Positions 18,363-28,472 of a stretch of 64,000 nt of DNA are shown one piece after another (the first letter of the stretch is position 1; the number at the start of each line of letters is the position of its first letter). The notes beneath the pieces are model-generated. The model was given only the letters and a program-made list of their open reading frames with translations, did not search any database and had not been told where the DNA came from. The position numbers and the translations under genes are program-made. The stretch is from a virus (Duplodnaviria; Heunggongvirae; Uroviricota; Caudoviricetes), in the IMG/VR virus record IMGVR_UViG_3300044878_000059, positions 1-64,000 of that record; one strand, written 5' to 3'.

Positions 18363-18652
18363 TCGTCGATATCAGGTTCCAGCTTTTCGTACAATTCATC
18401 GTCATAAGACATCTGAACTTCGTTCTTGATTTTATCCAAGAAGAAATTAGACGCGAACATATCCATGTTCGTGATGAAGTCCGGCAAGCCGTCATCGTCG
18501 ATGGTGATAATGATGTGACGCTTGTTGTCCATGATCCGGTCAATAAGTTCGTCACGGTGTTCAATGTACTGCTCTGATACAGACGGCAGTGTTACTTTGG
18601 TGGCAAGTTTCGGCACCAAAGAAAACACATTGTTCTTTTTGTCGTCAGACAT
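18359..18652 (-). CDS. hypothetical acidic protein (97 aa)
   Basis: ORF. Confidence 0.4.
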   Translation of the reverse strand: MSDDKKNNVFSLVPKLATKVTLPSVSEQYIEHRDELIDRIMDNKRHIIITIDDDGLPDFITNMDMFASNFFLDKIKNEVQMSYDDELYEKLEPDIDE

Positions 18653-19515
18653 TAGAAGTTACCAAGTTGAACTTGGTAGCAACGCAGCCCCATTGCCCGC
18701 CACATCGCAACAACTTGGTTGCGGTCGTCGAATACACCCTTGACGTTGTAGAACGGATCGATATCGCGATGGTAGATATCGTGCTTGATGATCGAATCAC
18801 GCACTGACGATCCCGCAGGACGCATCAGAAGCTGATCAAACGGCATGTCGTACTCATCCATCCACCGTTCGGTTTCCGCACGGCATACAGCGTCACGGCC
18901 ACTTACAACGATGATATGGTTACCAGCGTCGGAAAGCGTTTGAGCCATTTCGATCACGTCGTTGTATGGAGCGTCTTTGCCGACTTTCTTCCAGTCGAAC
19001 GGCCCACGAACGCCTTCCATGTTTGCAATGGTTCCGTCGATGTCAAAGACAAAGGCCGGGGTGCCACCGTCAGCATTGGTGTTCTGCAACGGGAACTGTT
19101 CGCGGTACTCGGTATAGAACCGGGTTACAACTTTGTCGTCTACCACTTTGGACTGTTCATCACGATTACGGTTACGTTCGATCAGATCATCCAAGAGCAA
19201 ATTCGCTCCAACATGGATGACATCAACTTCCGAACCCATGGACGAACAGAAGCGAATCCATTTGTTACGAGTTTCTTCGTTGATGCAAGTGTCAGAGATA
19301 ACAATGTTTTTACCAGCAAGTAATGCTCTACGCGCACGTTCAATTTGAACTGCCGTAACTTTGTTTTCATCAATGTTGCCGCCGTACCAAACACCGTAAA
19401 GCTCCATCCGAATAAGGTCACGCTCAAGTTGAACATAACCTTTATTCACAAATTGACGGGCGAGGGTCGATTTACCAGAACCCGGTACACCCATCAAGAT
19501 TTTAGTTTTCCGCAC
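18652..19515 (-). CDS. pseT: polynucleotide 5'-kinase / 3'-phosphatase
   Basis: P-loop GVPGSGKST and HAD phosphatase motif FDIDGT; colinear with T4 Pnk. Confidence 0.8.
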   Translation of the reverse strand: MRKTKILMGVPGSGKSTLARQFVNKGYVQLERDLIRMELYGVWYGGNIDENKVTAVQIERARRALLAGKNIVISDTCINEETRNKWIRFCSSMGSEVDVIHVGANLLLDDLIERNRNRDEQSKVVDDKVVTRFYTEYREQFPLQNTNADGGTPAFVFDIDGTIANMEGVRGPFDWKKVGKDAPYNDVIEMAQTLSDAGNHIIVVSGRDAVCRAETERWMDEYDMPFDQLLMRPAGSSVRDSIIKHDIYHRDIDPFYNVKGVFDDRNQVVAMWRAMGLRCYQVQLGNF

Positions 19516-20641
19516 TATCCTTTTCGAACTCCTTCAAAATATAATCGTTGGCATGGCTGATCATCAATTGCTTGAGTTTCGCTTCCAGACCTTTCCCGTT
19601 TCGCAAAGACATCTGCACATGGAAACCCCAATGACCGCTGTAAAACTCCATGGCTTTAAGCGCATAGTGTTTTGTATCAAGGTGGTTCCAAGTGGTATGA
19701 AACAATTCTACCATTTGGACTGTCTTGTTATAAACATTCGAAATGGATACTTCGTAGGCATTGATTTTTGCCAACACCTGTTCATCACCGACGAACAGAG
19801 ATTTCAGGTCATCGACCTTTTCCATCAACACCAGCTCAATCAGAGCCTTGGAGTTTGATACAGAGTCTTTGTTGCGATGCAGACTCAGATACCAATCACC
19901 CTTGAGCTTGAACGGTACGCCGCTTTCAGTGATGGCAACCACGCCTTCACCACCGACCATGTTCTTTACCACTTCGATCAAATCGCCGTCGTATTCGAAC
20001 TGTTCGACCCAGTGCCCGAGCAAATCCCAGAGTTCCATGTCTTCAACGATATCGCTGCCGTACATGATCCCGGTTTCGTTGTCGATCACGGACAGACCAA
20101 CCAGACCCGGTTTCTCATACCCAACAACGATACGGTTCCATGGTGCAGTCCATTCCAGATTGACAGTGAAATCCCGTGCAGCCAGACGGCGCAAATCAGC
20201 CAGCAACGCCGGTTGAGTTTTAAGGAATTTCATTGCATCATTGGCCTGTTCGGAGCCGGTAGACCCCTTGGATTTCAGCCGCAGTTCGCCATTCGTATGG
20301 ATATACGTTGACATCAGTGAGCCGTCTTCCTTGACCATGCAGGAATACAGGTTGGTCAGATCAAGACCCATGGTCATTGGGTTCTCGTTCAGGTTGAAGA
20401 ATTTCTTCTGTGGACGGCAAACCAAATCCACATACGAACCATCACGACCTACCAGAAACATTGTTCCACGGCATTCCAATGCACTAGGCAACAGGAAGTC
20501 GGTATAGGACGCCAACCGATAGTTGAAAATCCGATACATTGTTGTTTGCTCGTCCGATGGGAAGTCCTTGAAAAAGAACGCATCGGATTCGCAGAGTGCC
20601 AACAGGTTTTGATACAAAACTTCTGGGGCCACGTTGTTCAT
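19502..20641 (-). CDS. rnlA: RNA ligase 1 (T4 gp63 RnlA-like)
   Basis: colinear with T4 RnlA (YRIFNYRLASYTDFLLPSALECRG, KEDGSL lysine motif). Confidence 0.8.
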   Translation of the reverse strand: MNNVAPEVLYQNLLALCESDAFFFKDFPSDEQTTMYRIFNYRLASYTDFLLPSALECRGTMFLVGRDGSYVDLVCRPQKKFFNLNENPMTMGLDLTNLYSCMVKEDGSLMSTYIHTNGELRLKSKGSTGSEQANDAMKFLKTQPALLADLRRLAARDFTVNLEWTAPWNRIVVGYEKPGLVGLSVIDNETGIMYGSDIVEDMELWDLLGHWVEQFEYDGDLIEVVKNMVGGEGVVAITESGVPFKLKGDWYLSLHRNKDSVSNSKALIELVLMEKVDDLKSLFVGDEQVLAKINAYEVSISNVYNKTVQMVELFHTTWNHLDTKHYALKAMEFYSGHWGFHVQMSLRNGKGLEAKLKQLMISHANDYILKEFEKDSAEN

Positions 20642-20985
20642 TAATGTTCCTCAAACCAAAAGTTATGCTCGCCATTTGGATCAACGAGTTTCTTCCAACC
20701 TTCCTCAGAAATGGTTGCAATCAATTCGTCCATCTGACGTGCAATGAAATACCTGACGCCTTTGTCAAACTCGACACGAACGGCGTCCACAAATTCACCC
20801 GGATACATTGGTACTTCGGCATCAACAACCAGAACGTAAGCCGACTGCGAAACATCCCAGACGCAACATACGCCCAAGGATGCGCAGTCGAACTGTGCAT
20901 TCGATTTGATCCGATACTTTTTGCTATCCGCGAAGGCAGGGCCAACCCTACCTATCAATAGACTCAGGCGGCACCAGCCAACCAA
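20641..20985 (-). CDS. hypothetical protein; start uncertain
   Basis: ORF; N-terminus overlaps the next gene. Confidence 0.25.
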   Translation of the reverse strand: MVGWCRLSLLIGRVGPAFADSKKYRIKSNAQFDCASLGVCCVWDVSQSAYVLVVDAEVPMYPGEFVDAVRVEFDKGVRYFIARQMDELIATISEEGWKKLVDPNGEHNFWFEEH

Positions 20986-21347
20986 CGCCCGATGTGGTTC
21001 ATCGACGTGGTTGTTTCTTGCAGGATGGATTGGATAGAACCCAACATCTTTTCCATCAAAGGCTCTTGAAGGGTCGGAGTCTTTTTCAGATACACGACTT
21101 CTTCACCGCGACCACGCAGGTAATCTTGAACCGTGAAATACGGTTTCTTACCTTGGTGGAATTCGTACTTGTAAACCACACCATGTTTCTGGTCTGGCTT
21201 CTCGAAGATACGAATTTTGTGACCCGGCAGAATGATCCATTGAATAATGCCTTCTTCGTCCATTTTGAATTTCGCCACTGAGGCGCATTCCAACAGATCA
21301 CGGTTTTGAATCAAACTGGTAATTAACAGAACGGCTTTATGAGTCAA
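20964..21347 (-). CDS. hypothetical protein (127 aa)
   Basis: ORF. Confidence 0.4.
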   Translation of the reverse strand: MTHKAVLLITSLIQNRDLLECASVAKFKMDEEGIIQWIILPGHKIRIFEKPDQKHGVVYKYEFHQGKKPYFTVQDYLRGRGEEVVYLKKTPTLQEPLMEKMLGSIQSILQETTTSMNHIGRWLAGAA

Positions 21348-21367
21348 TGTAAAATCCCCGTGATTGA

Positions 21368-22042
21368 TCAGATTTCTTTACTGGCGTAAAACGTGTGGTC
21401 ACCGATTTTCACAGTTCTATTAAACGCATAGACCCATGTTGGCAGTGTCTTGACCTTTGATTTGTTCAAATAATGATCAGCACCCTTGGTTGTATCTTTC
21501 AACACACCGTTGGTTGCCTTCCATGCCACGTAACCAGCCTTGTAACGCGATTCTTCGTCAGCCATAGACCGGTCTTTCAACTGGCACATGTAACTGAACT
21601 GGCAAACCCAGCCGCTTTTAGTCCATTTCTTCTGGTTCACAACACCCGAAACAGAATTCGGGTATTTCCCAGAGTTGACCCGGTTCATGACCACGTTGGC
21701 TACAGCCTTCATGCCTTCGAGGTCACCGCGATCTTCAAAGTAGATAGCTTCCGCCAGCTTGGCACATTCCTTGACCTTGAAACACTTCTTGGAATGCGAC
21801 AGAACTTCCGGGTCTTTCTGTTCTTTGATTGTATCTTTCTGTACTGCTTTTGGCGCAACATCAGGCAGGGACTGGAACATCAGGATATTGTCAACCGCAT
21901 TACGATTGATTTCTTCCGATGCTGCCAGCCGCGCAGCCTTTGTATCATTCAAACGCTCTTGCGTACTGTTCATGCTGTTGATCAGTGGTACGGTCAACAT
22001 ACCAGCGAACACCAACGCGCCTACTTCAAGATATTTGAGCAT
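21368..22042 (-). CDS. SleB/CwlJ-family cell-wall hydrolase with N-terminal TM or signal-anchor
   Basis: Hydrolase_2-like core (VANVVMNRV...WVCQFS) after a hydrophobic N-terminus. Confidence 0.55.
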   Translation of the reverse strand: MLKYLEVGALVFAGMLTVPLINSMNSTQERLNDTKAARLAASEEINRNAVDNILMFQSLPDVAPKAVQKDTIKEQKDPEVLSHSKKCFKVKECAKLAEAIYFEDRGDLEGMKAVANVVMNRVNSGKYPNSVSGVVNQKKWTKSGWVCQFSYMCQLKDRSMADEESRYKAGYVAWKATNGVLKDTTKGADHYLNKSKVKTLPTWVYAFNRTVKIGDHTFYASKEI

Positions 22043-22053
22043 TGTTCTTAACC

Positions 22054-22341
22054 TTAGAAGGGTAACAAAACCGCCACTGGTTCATGCTGAATTTCAGAAA
22101 TGAAATCTCTGATCATTTTTTGATCAGCTCGATCCATCATCTGACGATATGACATGTACGTGTACGGTTTCCCATAGCTGCTACGGAAGCCATATTCGTT
22201 CAGGACTTCCACCAGCACTTTGATATTTTCAATGATGTGTTCAAGGCCAAGCTTGATCAGAACCTGTTGAAAAACAACGATTTCTTTGATGCGCGATTCG
22301 GTTTGAGCTTTCTTACCGACGATGATTTCTTTGCCCGACAT
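22054..22341 (-). CDS. hypothetical protein (95 aa)
   Basis: ORF preceded by the TTGTGAGAAT motif. Confidence 0.45.
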   Translation of the reverse strand: MSGKEIIVGKKAQTESRIKEIVVFQQVLIKLGLEHIIENIKVLVEVLNEYGFRSSYGKPYTYMSYRQMMDRADQKMIRDFISEIQHEPVAVLLPF

Positions 22342-22376
22342 TAAATTCTCACAAGATTGATTTACTACGAACAGAA

Positions 22377-23675
22377 CTAAATCTGTTTCAAATCCGATTG
22401 GAACTGATCCGCTGGGGTAGCATCCTTCCAGAATTTCCGTTGCTGGTCAAGCTCTTTCGCTACGGTAATCTGTTTCGTGATTTCATCAGTCGTCAACGAA
22501 TAGAAGTCCATCCCAAGCAAGCTTGGAATCAGTTCTGTTTCAAACGAAACAGAAAGCTCACTGGTCAGCTCGGATTTGGATTTTCCTTTGAAAACCAGTG
22601 TGTTGTCAAGAACAGAACGAATGAATTTGATCTTCGCCACAGCAACCCGCAGCTTCCATTCTGTTTCGGCCAGACGCTTGGCAATCCGCTCGGCATAATA
22701 AGGCAGCCGGAAATCACAGAATTCCTTGATCAGAGCCTGTGGGGTATCGAATTTGCGCAGTTTCTTGTCGGCATCCAGCACCGTCAGGTTCACCGGGAAC
22801 GACGAACGCAGCTTGAACAGTTTGATTAAATCCTCGTTGGTCTTTGTATCAAACCCACGTTTCAGATCAACCTTGAACCGGAAGCCTTGTTCACCGCAGT
22901 CTTCGTCGTACCTGAGAATGGTTCCTTTCTCTTTCAGTTCTTCCAGAACCTCAATGTACTTTACCCGGTCGTATTTGAACGGAACTTCGCTGATGATCGC
23001 GGTTGTCTTGCCTTTCAGCTCGACGATACCAACCTGATCGTATCCACCCTTGGCGTTACGTTCGATCTTGCCCTTGAAACCGTACAGGGTCGGAGACATT
23101 TCAATTGTATCAATGTCCTTGCCCTGAATGTACTTCAAGCACATGTTCTTGACATCAGCCAACGCATACGGTGGGATGTCGGTTGCATAGCCGGTCGCGA
23201 TCCCAGAGATACCGTTTACCAGAACCATTGGAATGATCGGCAGATAGAATTTCGGTGGGATGTGTTCCGGGTCGTCGTGTGCTGGGCAAAGGTCGTTGTC
23301 TTTGAAAATCTTTTCCATCAAAGGGTGAACCTGTGCAAACACATAACGTGGGCTTGCCGCTTCCTTAACCAACCGATCACCGAAGTTACCGTCACCCAGA
23401 AGGCACGGTTGGTTGTTACACCAATCCGCAGCCATCAGGCTAGCCGCTTCTTGTGCTGCCGCGTCACCGTGGTGGTAACCGTATTCAGCGATTGCCGCCA
23501 GTGACGAAACCTTCAACCAACGATTATGGGCATTCTTGAACGCAGAATACATGATGAATCGTTGGGATGGTTTGAAACCGTCCACCATCGACGGAATAGC
23601 CCGGTTCTCAATCGTGTAAATCGAGAACTCACGCCATGGGCCGTCCGCGAACTGGTTCAATGTAATTTCTGTCAT
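22377..23675 (-). CDS. 52: DNA topoisomerase II medium subunit
   Basis: GyrA-like N-terminal region colinear with T4 gp52. Confidence 0.85.
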   Translation of the reverse strand: MTEITLNQFADGPWREFSIYTIENRAIPSMVDGFKPSQRFIMYSAFKNAHNRWLKVSSLAAIAEYGYHHGDAAAQEAASLMAADWCNNQPCLLGDGNFGDRLVKEAASPRYVFAQVHPLMEKIFKDNDLCPAHDDPEHIPPKFYLPIIPMVLVNGISGIATGYATDIPPYALADVKNMCLKYIQGKDIDTIEMSPTLYGFKGKIERNAKGGYDQVGIVELKGKTTAIISEVPFKYDRVKYIEVLEELKEKGTILRYDEDCGEQGFRFKVDLKRGFDTKTNEDLIKLFKLRSSFPVNLTVLDADKKLRKFDTPQALIKEFCDFRLPYYAERIAKRLAETEWKLRVAVAKIKFIRSVLDNTLVFKGKSKSELTSELSVSFETELIPSLLGMDFYSLTTDEITKQITVAKELDQQRKFWKDATPADQFQSDLKQI

Positions 23676-25498
23676 ACGTCACCAATCAGTTTCTTACGTG
23701 CATCACCGAATTTGGTGTATGCGCCATACATTGAATCAAACAGAGCCGGGTCGTCGATCTTGACCGTCACCATGACTGGATTAGCCAGAATATCCTTGTA
23801 CTCGGCTTTACGCAGAGAACCCAGACCTTTGATATATCGAATCTCATAGCCCTTGAGCTTCCCAGAGGCTTTGTCGAACTCGCTTTTGTCGTAGTAATAC
23901 TTCCGGTCGTCTTTCTTCGTAGCGACGTACAGCGGCGTCCTGACGATCTTTACGCGGCCTAATTGGTACAACTCAGGCCACAGCCAGAAGAAATTCAGCA
24001 ACAGACCCTGAATCGAGAATCCATCGATATCTTGGTCGGTCATGATCGCAATCGTTCCGTAGTTCGGATTGACTACTTTTTGACCAATCTTCAACCCGAG
24101 GATGTTGATCAGGTCACCGAGTTCTTTTGTTCCAAGGATATCAGCGGTTTTCAGGTCGGTGATGTTTGGAATCTTGCCTCGCAGTGGATACCCGCCGTAA
24201 ATCTTCTTTGTTTCCTCAGTCCGTGCAGAAACGAATGGGCCAATAGCCGAGTCGCCTTCTGCGATGAACAGAGTCTTTTCATTCGAATAACGGCCAGTCG
24301 CCGGGATGTGTTTCGCTACGACCTTCGCAGCTACAGCTTTTTCAGCCAGAGTCGCGGCCCGTGCATCAGCGGCCATCTGTTTCGCAAGCTGGGCTTGGAT
24401 GATTGGCATGATCAGGGCGTCGTTTTTCAGGATCGAAGCCGACAGCTTGTCGAAATTCACGGTTTCAAAATACCCGGAAATTTCACCACGCGGGTTTGTG
24501 ATTCGTTCCTTTGTCTGGGAATCGAATTTCATGTTCTTCATGCCACGGATCACCGACACCAATTGAAGGTGCGATTTGATTTGACCCGGTGTCACTTCGA
24601 GCTTGTGTTTCTTTTTGATGCCTTCACGCAGCACGTCACACAACTGACCCATGATGTAATCAATGTGCGAACCACCGTTGATGATACTCAGGCCGTTGAC
24701 CAGAGACAAGCAACGGAATTCTTCTGCCGGACTATTCATGATCCCAATGACAACAGAATCGTCACTGTGCAGAACGTGTTCGGCTGCAAACTTGGTCATC
24801 CACGCTTTCGGGGTTCCCAGCTTGACTGGTTCATCATTGAACTTGAATGTAATCGCCGGATAACAAACAGCGAGGTTATTCAGTCGATTGAGGATCAACC
24901 CTTTAAGGGTGTCGTCGATACATTCAACTCCAAAGCGTTTAAACTCTGGCTCAATGTAAACCTCTGTGAATTTCTTTGTGCTTTTCTTGACATCAACATT
25001 GCGGATAGTTGCGTTGTCGTCGCATTCCACAACCAACTTAAACTTACCATCCGATGTTGTACCGATGAATTTGGAACTGAAAATGTTAGCCAGTGCCGAA
25101 CCCACGCCGTTCATACCGATGGTGTCACGATCCGTATCCGAACCGAAGTTGGAACCTGCCTTGGTTTTACACCATGCAGCTACTGGCAAGTAAATGTCTT
25201 CACCGTCAAGGTCTTTGGTCAAAGTTACCGGGATACCACGGCCATTGTCTTTGATCCAAAACGATTTGTCGGTTACTTTGATATCGATCTGATTGGCATG
25301 TTGACCACCGGTACGAATGAATTCGTCGATAGAGTTATCAATCAGCTCGTTGATGATTTTGAACAACCCCGGCACGTATTCAAACGATTGCCACTGGTAA
25401 TTCAGGAATTGGTGGTGAATCTCGCTGGTTACTGATCCGCAGTACATACCGGGACGTAACAGGATGTGGGCTTTATCATCCAGAATTTGGAACGACAT
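23672..25498 (-). CDS. 39: DNA topoisomerase II large subunit (gp39 with gp60 portion fused)
   Basis: 608 aa GyrB-like ATPase plus TOPRIM in one continuous ORF. Confidence 0.85.
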   Translation of the reverse strand: MSFQILDDKAHILLRPGMYCGSVTSEIHHQFLNYQWQSFEYVPGLFKIINELIDNSIDEFIRTGGQHANQIDIKVTDKSFWIKDNGRGIPVTLTKDLDGEDIYLPVAAWCKTKAGSNFGSDTDRDTIGMNGVGSALANIFSSKFIGTTSDGKFKLVVECDDNATIRNVDVKKSTKKFTEVYIEPEFKRFGVECIDDTLKGLILNRLNNLAVCYPAITFKFNDEPVKLGTPKAWMTKFAAEHVLHSDDSVVIGIMNSPAEEFRCLSLVNGLSIINGGSHIDYIMGQLCDVLREGIKKKHKLEVTPGQIKSHLQLVSVIRGMKNMKFDSQTKERITNPRGEISGYFETVNFDKLSASILKNDALIMPIIQAQLAKQMAADARAATLAEKAVAAKVVAKHIPATGRYSNEKTLFIAEGDSAIGPFVSARTEETKKIYGGYPLRGKIPNITDLKTADILGTKELGDLINILGLKIGQKVVNPNYGTIAIMTDQDIDGFSIQGLLLNFFWLWPELYQLGRVKIVRTPLYVATKKDDRKYYYDKSEFDKASGKLKGYEIRYIKGLGSLRKAEYKDILANPVMVTVKIDDPALFDSMYGAYTKFGDARKKLIGDV

Positions 25499-25522
25499 TG
25501 AATCTCCTAAAACAGAAAAGGG

Positions 25523-25556
25523 ACTATATCACAAGTCCCTTCCCGGTTAAACATTA
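25523..25556 (-). promoter_or_regulatory. phage promoter upstream of topoisomerase gene 39
   Basis: AATGTTTA N19 TATAGT. Confidence 0.55.
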
Positions 25557-26198
25557 CAGGTCTTCGGTCGTAATCTCGCCGGTAACCAGTCGAACCACGT
25601 TCTGCATTTCAACGACAGCTTTTGCAATGTCGTGTCGCGCATCGTGGATACGGAAGCCCGGAATAGTTTTGTATTCGCGGTCATCCTTGTAGATGGTGGT
25701 CATGGTGAAATCCAGCGTAGCCGCAGCAATGAAGGTACGGATATCACGGGAGTTCCAGAACGCACCCGGAAGGCTTTCACCCACGGATTCCATCAAACTA
25801 CCAAGGATCGGGATATCGAAATCTTGTCCACGGCAGAAACGAATGGTGTTCTTTTCCACGTTCTTATCGATGCCCTTGGATGCAAGGTACTCTTTGATAA
25901 GTTTTGTACCTTCGGCCATGGTCACATCTTTGTCAGATGGCATCAGCTCTTTACGAACTACATCGTCTTGTTTCTTCCACCAAGCCAAAGTATCCGGGTC
26001 GATCTTACGACCGGCTTTCTTTTGTTCGGCAATACTGAACTTCACGTAAAACGCATCATTCACGTATTCTTCAAAGGTTTTGCGTTCGTTGAAGTCGAAC
26101 ACCAAGAATGCAGCCGATACAACTACCGCATCAGACTTAGTTCCAAGGGTTTCAATATCCAACCCGTAGAACTTAGTCCCTTTACGCATTGCCAGCAT
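25554..26198 (-). CDS. dexA: DnaQ-like 3'-5' exonuclease (DexA-like)
   Basis: YGLDIETLG Exo I motif. Confidence 0.65.
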   Translation of the reverse strand: MLAMRKGTKFYGLDIETLGTKSDAVVVSAAFLVFDFNERKTFEEYVNDAFYVKFSIAEQKKAGRKIDPDTLAWWKKQDDVVRKELMPSDKDVTMAEGTKLIKEYLASKGIDKNVEKNTIRFCRGQDFDIPILGSLMESVGESLPGAFWNSRDIRTFIAAATLDFTMTTIYKDDREYKTIPGFRIHDARHDIAKAVVEMQNVVRLVTGEITTEDL

Positions 26199-26752
26199 TA
26201 AGACGCGATACCGTAGTTGGCAAGGTCAGCTTCTTTCACGAACACGCCGTCGATCATACGGCCCTTACGGTCTTTGATGACATCGTAGGCCATTGCGAAG
26301 ACTTGTTCGGTGGTATGGTCGTAGCGATAGGTAATCGCTTCCAGAACGCGGTATACGCCGCCGATGCCGGTTTGAACCTTGGTCATGTCTTTCTTGGAAA
26401 TACCGGTAGCGAAACGACCCAGCGAGTTCATCAGTTTGAACATCAGTTGTTCAACGCTTTGCGATTTTTCCAACAGACCGCCGAACTGATTTGCTGCGTC
26501 AAGTTCATCGTCCAGCGTAGCGATACAGGTTTCGATGTCAGTACCCAGTTGTGCAGCCAGTACAGTCAGAACAACAACCGAGTCACCCAGACCGTCGAGA
26601 ACTTCGGCAAAGTTGAAATCGGTGTGACCTTGGGTGTATTCACTGATTTCTTCAACCAGTTTAACGAATTGGGCTTGTGGAGTTGCACCGGCAATCAGAT
26701 TGCGGGCTTCTGCCCATTCACGAACCAGTTGAAAAGTAGAAGTATTGCTCAT
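26198..26752 (-). CDS. MazG-like NTP pyrophosphohydrolase (positional analogue of T4 gp56 dCTPase)
   Basis: FVKLVEEISE...LGDSVVVLTVLAAQLG four-helix MazG pattern. Confidence 0.5.
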   Translation of the reverse strand: MSNTSTFQLVREWAEARNLIAGATPQAQFVKLVEEISEYTQGHTDFNFAEVLDGLGDSVVVLTVLAAQLGTDIETCIATLDDELDAANQFGGLLEKSQSVEQLMFKLMNSLGRFATGISKKDMTKVQTGIGGVYRVLEAITYRYDHTTEQVFAMAYDVIKDRKGRMIDGVFVKEADLANYGIAS

Positions 26753-27795
26753 AGAGGAATTTTACACCATCGATCAAATTGAAGTTGTGCGGCTAAACCG
26801 CTCACAGTATTACGTTCAAAGTATTGTTGAATCTCTTGTGGACTGACACCGTTCTGAACGCAAAGGTTGATGTCCTTCCACTTGTACTTCCAATTAAGCC
26901 ACGATACGAACTTCGCACCACGCCTAATCAAAGTTTGATACCGACGACAAACTGATTGGTTCCTTGGTTCATTATCCAAGACAAACACCCAGTCGAAATC
27001 AGGATCAAGTAAATCGGGATTAGCCGAACCGCCGAGAATAGCGGCTGTGTTGTCGAGGAACATTGCATCGAATGCACCTTCAAGTAAGAACACCGGCTTA
27101 GTGTCTTTTACTTGGTTCATACCCCAAATCTTGAGTTCGTCTTTAACCAGTACGGTCAAATACTTCTTTTCATCACAATCTGGGTCTAAACTTCGACCCT
27201 GAAAACAAATCAGTTCACCCGCTTTGTTATAAGCCGGGATTACAATACGGGGTTCATCTTTAAAGATTTTCTCGTATGTCTGTTCGAACTGATTGGTCAA
27301 CAGTTTCCATTTATCCGTGAAGTAAATCTTGTTCCACAGATGAATAGGGATTTGCCGTTCGGCAATGTACTTGCGTGCGATATGATCCGCAGGTAATGAC
27401 GTGATGGTTGGCAGTTCATGGAGAAATGCAGGGTCACCAGCTTTCTTTGCCGGGGCTTCATCAATGTCATCGAAAACAGAAGTTGTCGTAGTTACAGGTC
27501 GCTTATTGTTGGCCTGACCATATTCTTTGAACTTGTCCAGTCGATATTCACCCGCAAGGGATTTATCAACACGGAACAGGAAGTAAGAAAGATTCGACCC
27601 ACAAGTTTCGTCGTTGAAGCAATGAAACTTGGCTTCACCGTCTTTATCAAACAACCAACCACGGGCTTTGTTTTTATCTTTGGCCGAGTCGCCACAAATA
27701 GGACATCTAAAGTTGAATCTACCGCGTTGCTTTTCCCTGAACTTATCAAGTCGGATGGAAACGCGGTTGATATACGCTGCATCAATCCAATCCAT
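26749..27795 (-). CDS. 61: DNA primase
   Basis: N-terminal Zn ribbon (FRCPICGD) and TOPRIM; T4 gp61-like. Confidence 0.8.
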   Translation of the reverse strand: MDWIDAAYINRVSIRLDKFREKQRGRFNFRCPICGDSAKDKNKARGWLFDKDGEAKFHCFNDETCGSNLSYFLFRVDKSLAGEYRLDKFKEYGQANNKRPVTTTTSVFDDIDEAPAKKAGDPAFLHELPTITSLPADHIARKYIAERQIPIHLWNKIYFTDKWKLLTNQFEQTYEKIFKDEPRIVIPAYNKAGELICFQGRSLDPDCDEKKYLTVLVKDELKIWGMNQVKDTKPVFLLEGAFDAMFLDNTAAILGGSANPDLLDPDFDWVFVLDNEPRNQSVCRRYQTLIRRGAKFVSWLNWKYKWKDINLCVQNGVSPQEIQQYFERNTVSGLAAQLQFDRWCKIPL

Positions 27796-27822
27796 CTAAT
27801 CACCAATCAAAAATGTATCATA

Positions 27823-28209
27823 TCACAGTTTGATGTAATCATTAAACTTTGGAATGATATATTCCTCAGTCACGAAATTCATCGAGTCGATCCACGTAGT
27901 TGTATCAAACCCTTCGAACAGAGCTTGGTCGTCGGTATCCTCTTTGTACAGAGCATACGCAGCAACGAGCTTGCCGATCTTGGATTTTCCACCGGGGATG
28001 ACTTCTATCAAACGCTTGAGATTTGCTGCAAGCCTGTGAAAGTAAGTCCACGCAGTTGTTTCTTTCGGTGTCACAGCTTCTTTCAACTGTTTACCGGTTC
28101 TATCAATTATGCCGAGCTTGTAAGCATCCCACTGCGACCATTCAAGGTACAGCAAGGCAGCCATGCGAGCGGCATAAATGTTGTCTATCAGTTTGGGCAT
28201 ATAACTCAT
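27823..28209 (-). CDS. hypothetical protein (128 aa)
   Basis: ORF. Confidence 0.4.
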   Translation of the reverse strand: MSYMPKLIDNIYAARMAALLYLEWSQWDAYKLGIIDRTGKQLKEAVTPKETTAWTYFHRLAANLKRLIEVIPGGKSKIGKLVAAYALYKEDTDDQALFEGFDTTTWIDSMNFVTEEYIIPKFNDYIKL

Positions 28210-28472
28210 ACGTCAAAGAAGGGATTGGCTAATTCTATCAAAACGTCACCGTGACAGGCGAGCGGCTTGCAGAAACAGACCAAGTGACACCCTTGAAGTT
28301 CATGGATGTCATTGATCAGGCCGGAAGTGAACAGGTAGTCCCTGTACTTTTGGATTACAACAGAACGAGTACCGTCTACACCGGCCTTGAATGGGTTACC
28401 CCATTTTGTTGGTCTTCCGATGTAGACGGCATCATGCGGAAACGGTTGATTCCGGTTCCAGATGTCAGGCAT
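28206..28472 (-). CDS. hypothetical protein (88 aa)
   Basis: ORF. Confidence 0.4.
   Translation of the reverse strand: MPDIWNRNQPFPHDAVYIGRPTKWGNPFKAGVDGTRSVVIQKYRDYLFTSGLINDIHELQGCHLVCFCKPLACHGDVLIELANPFFDV

Noticed and set aside
23963-25435. 490-aa plus-strand ORF
   Set aside because: Antisense to topoisomerase gene 39.
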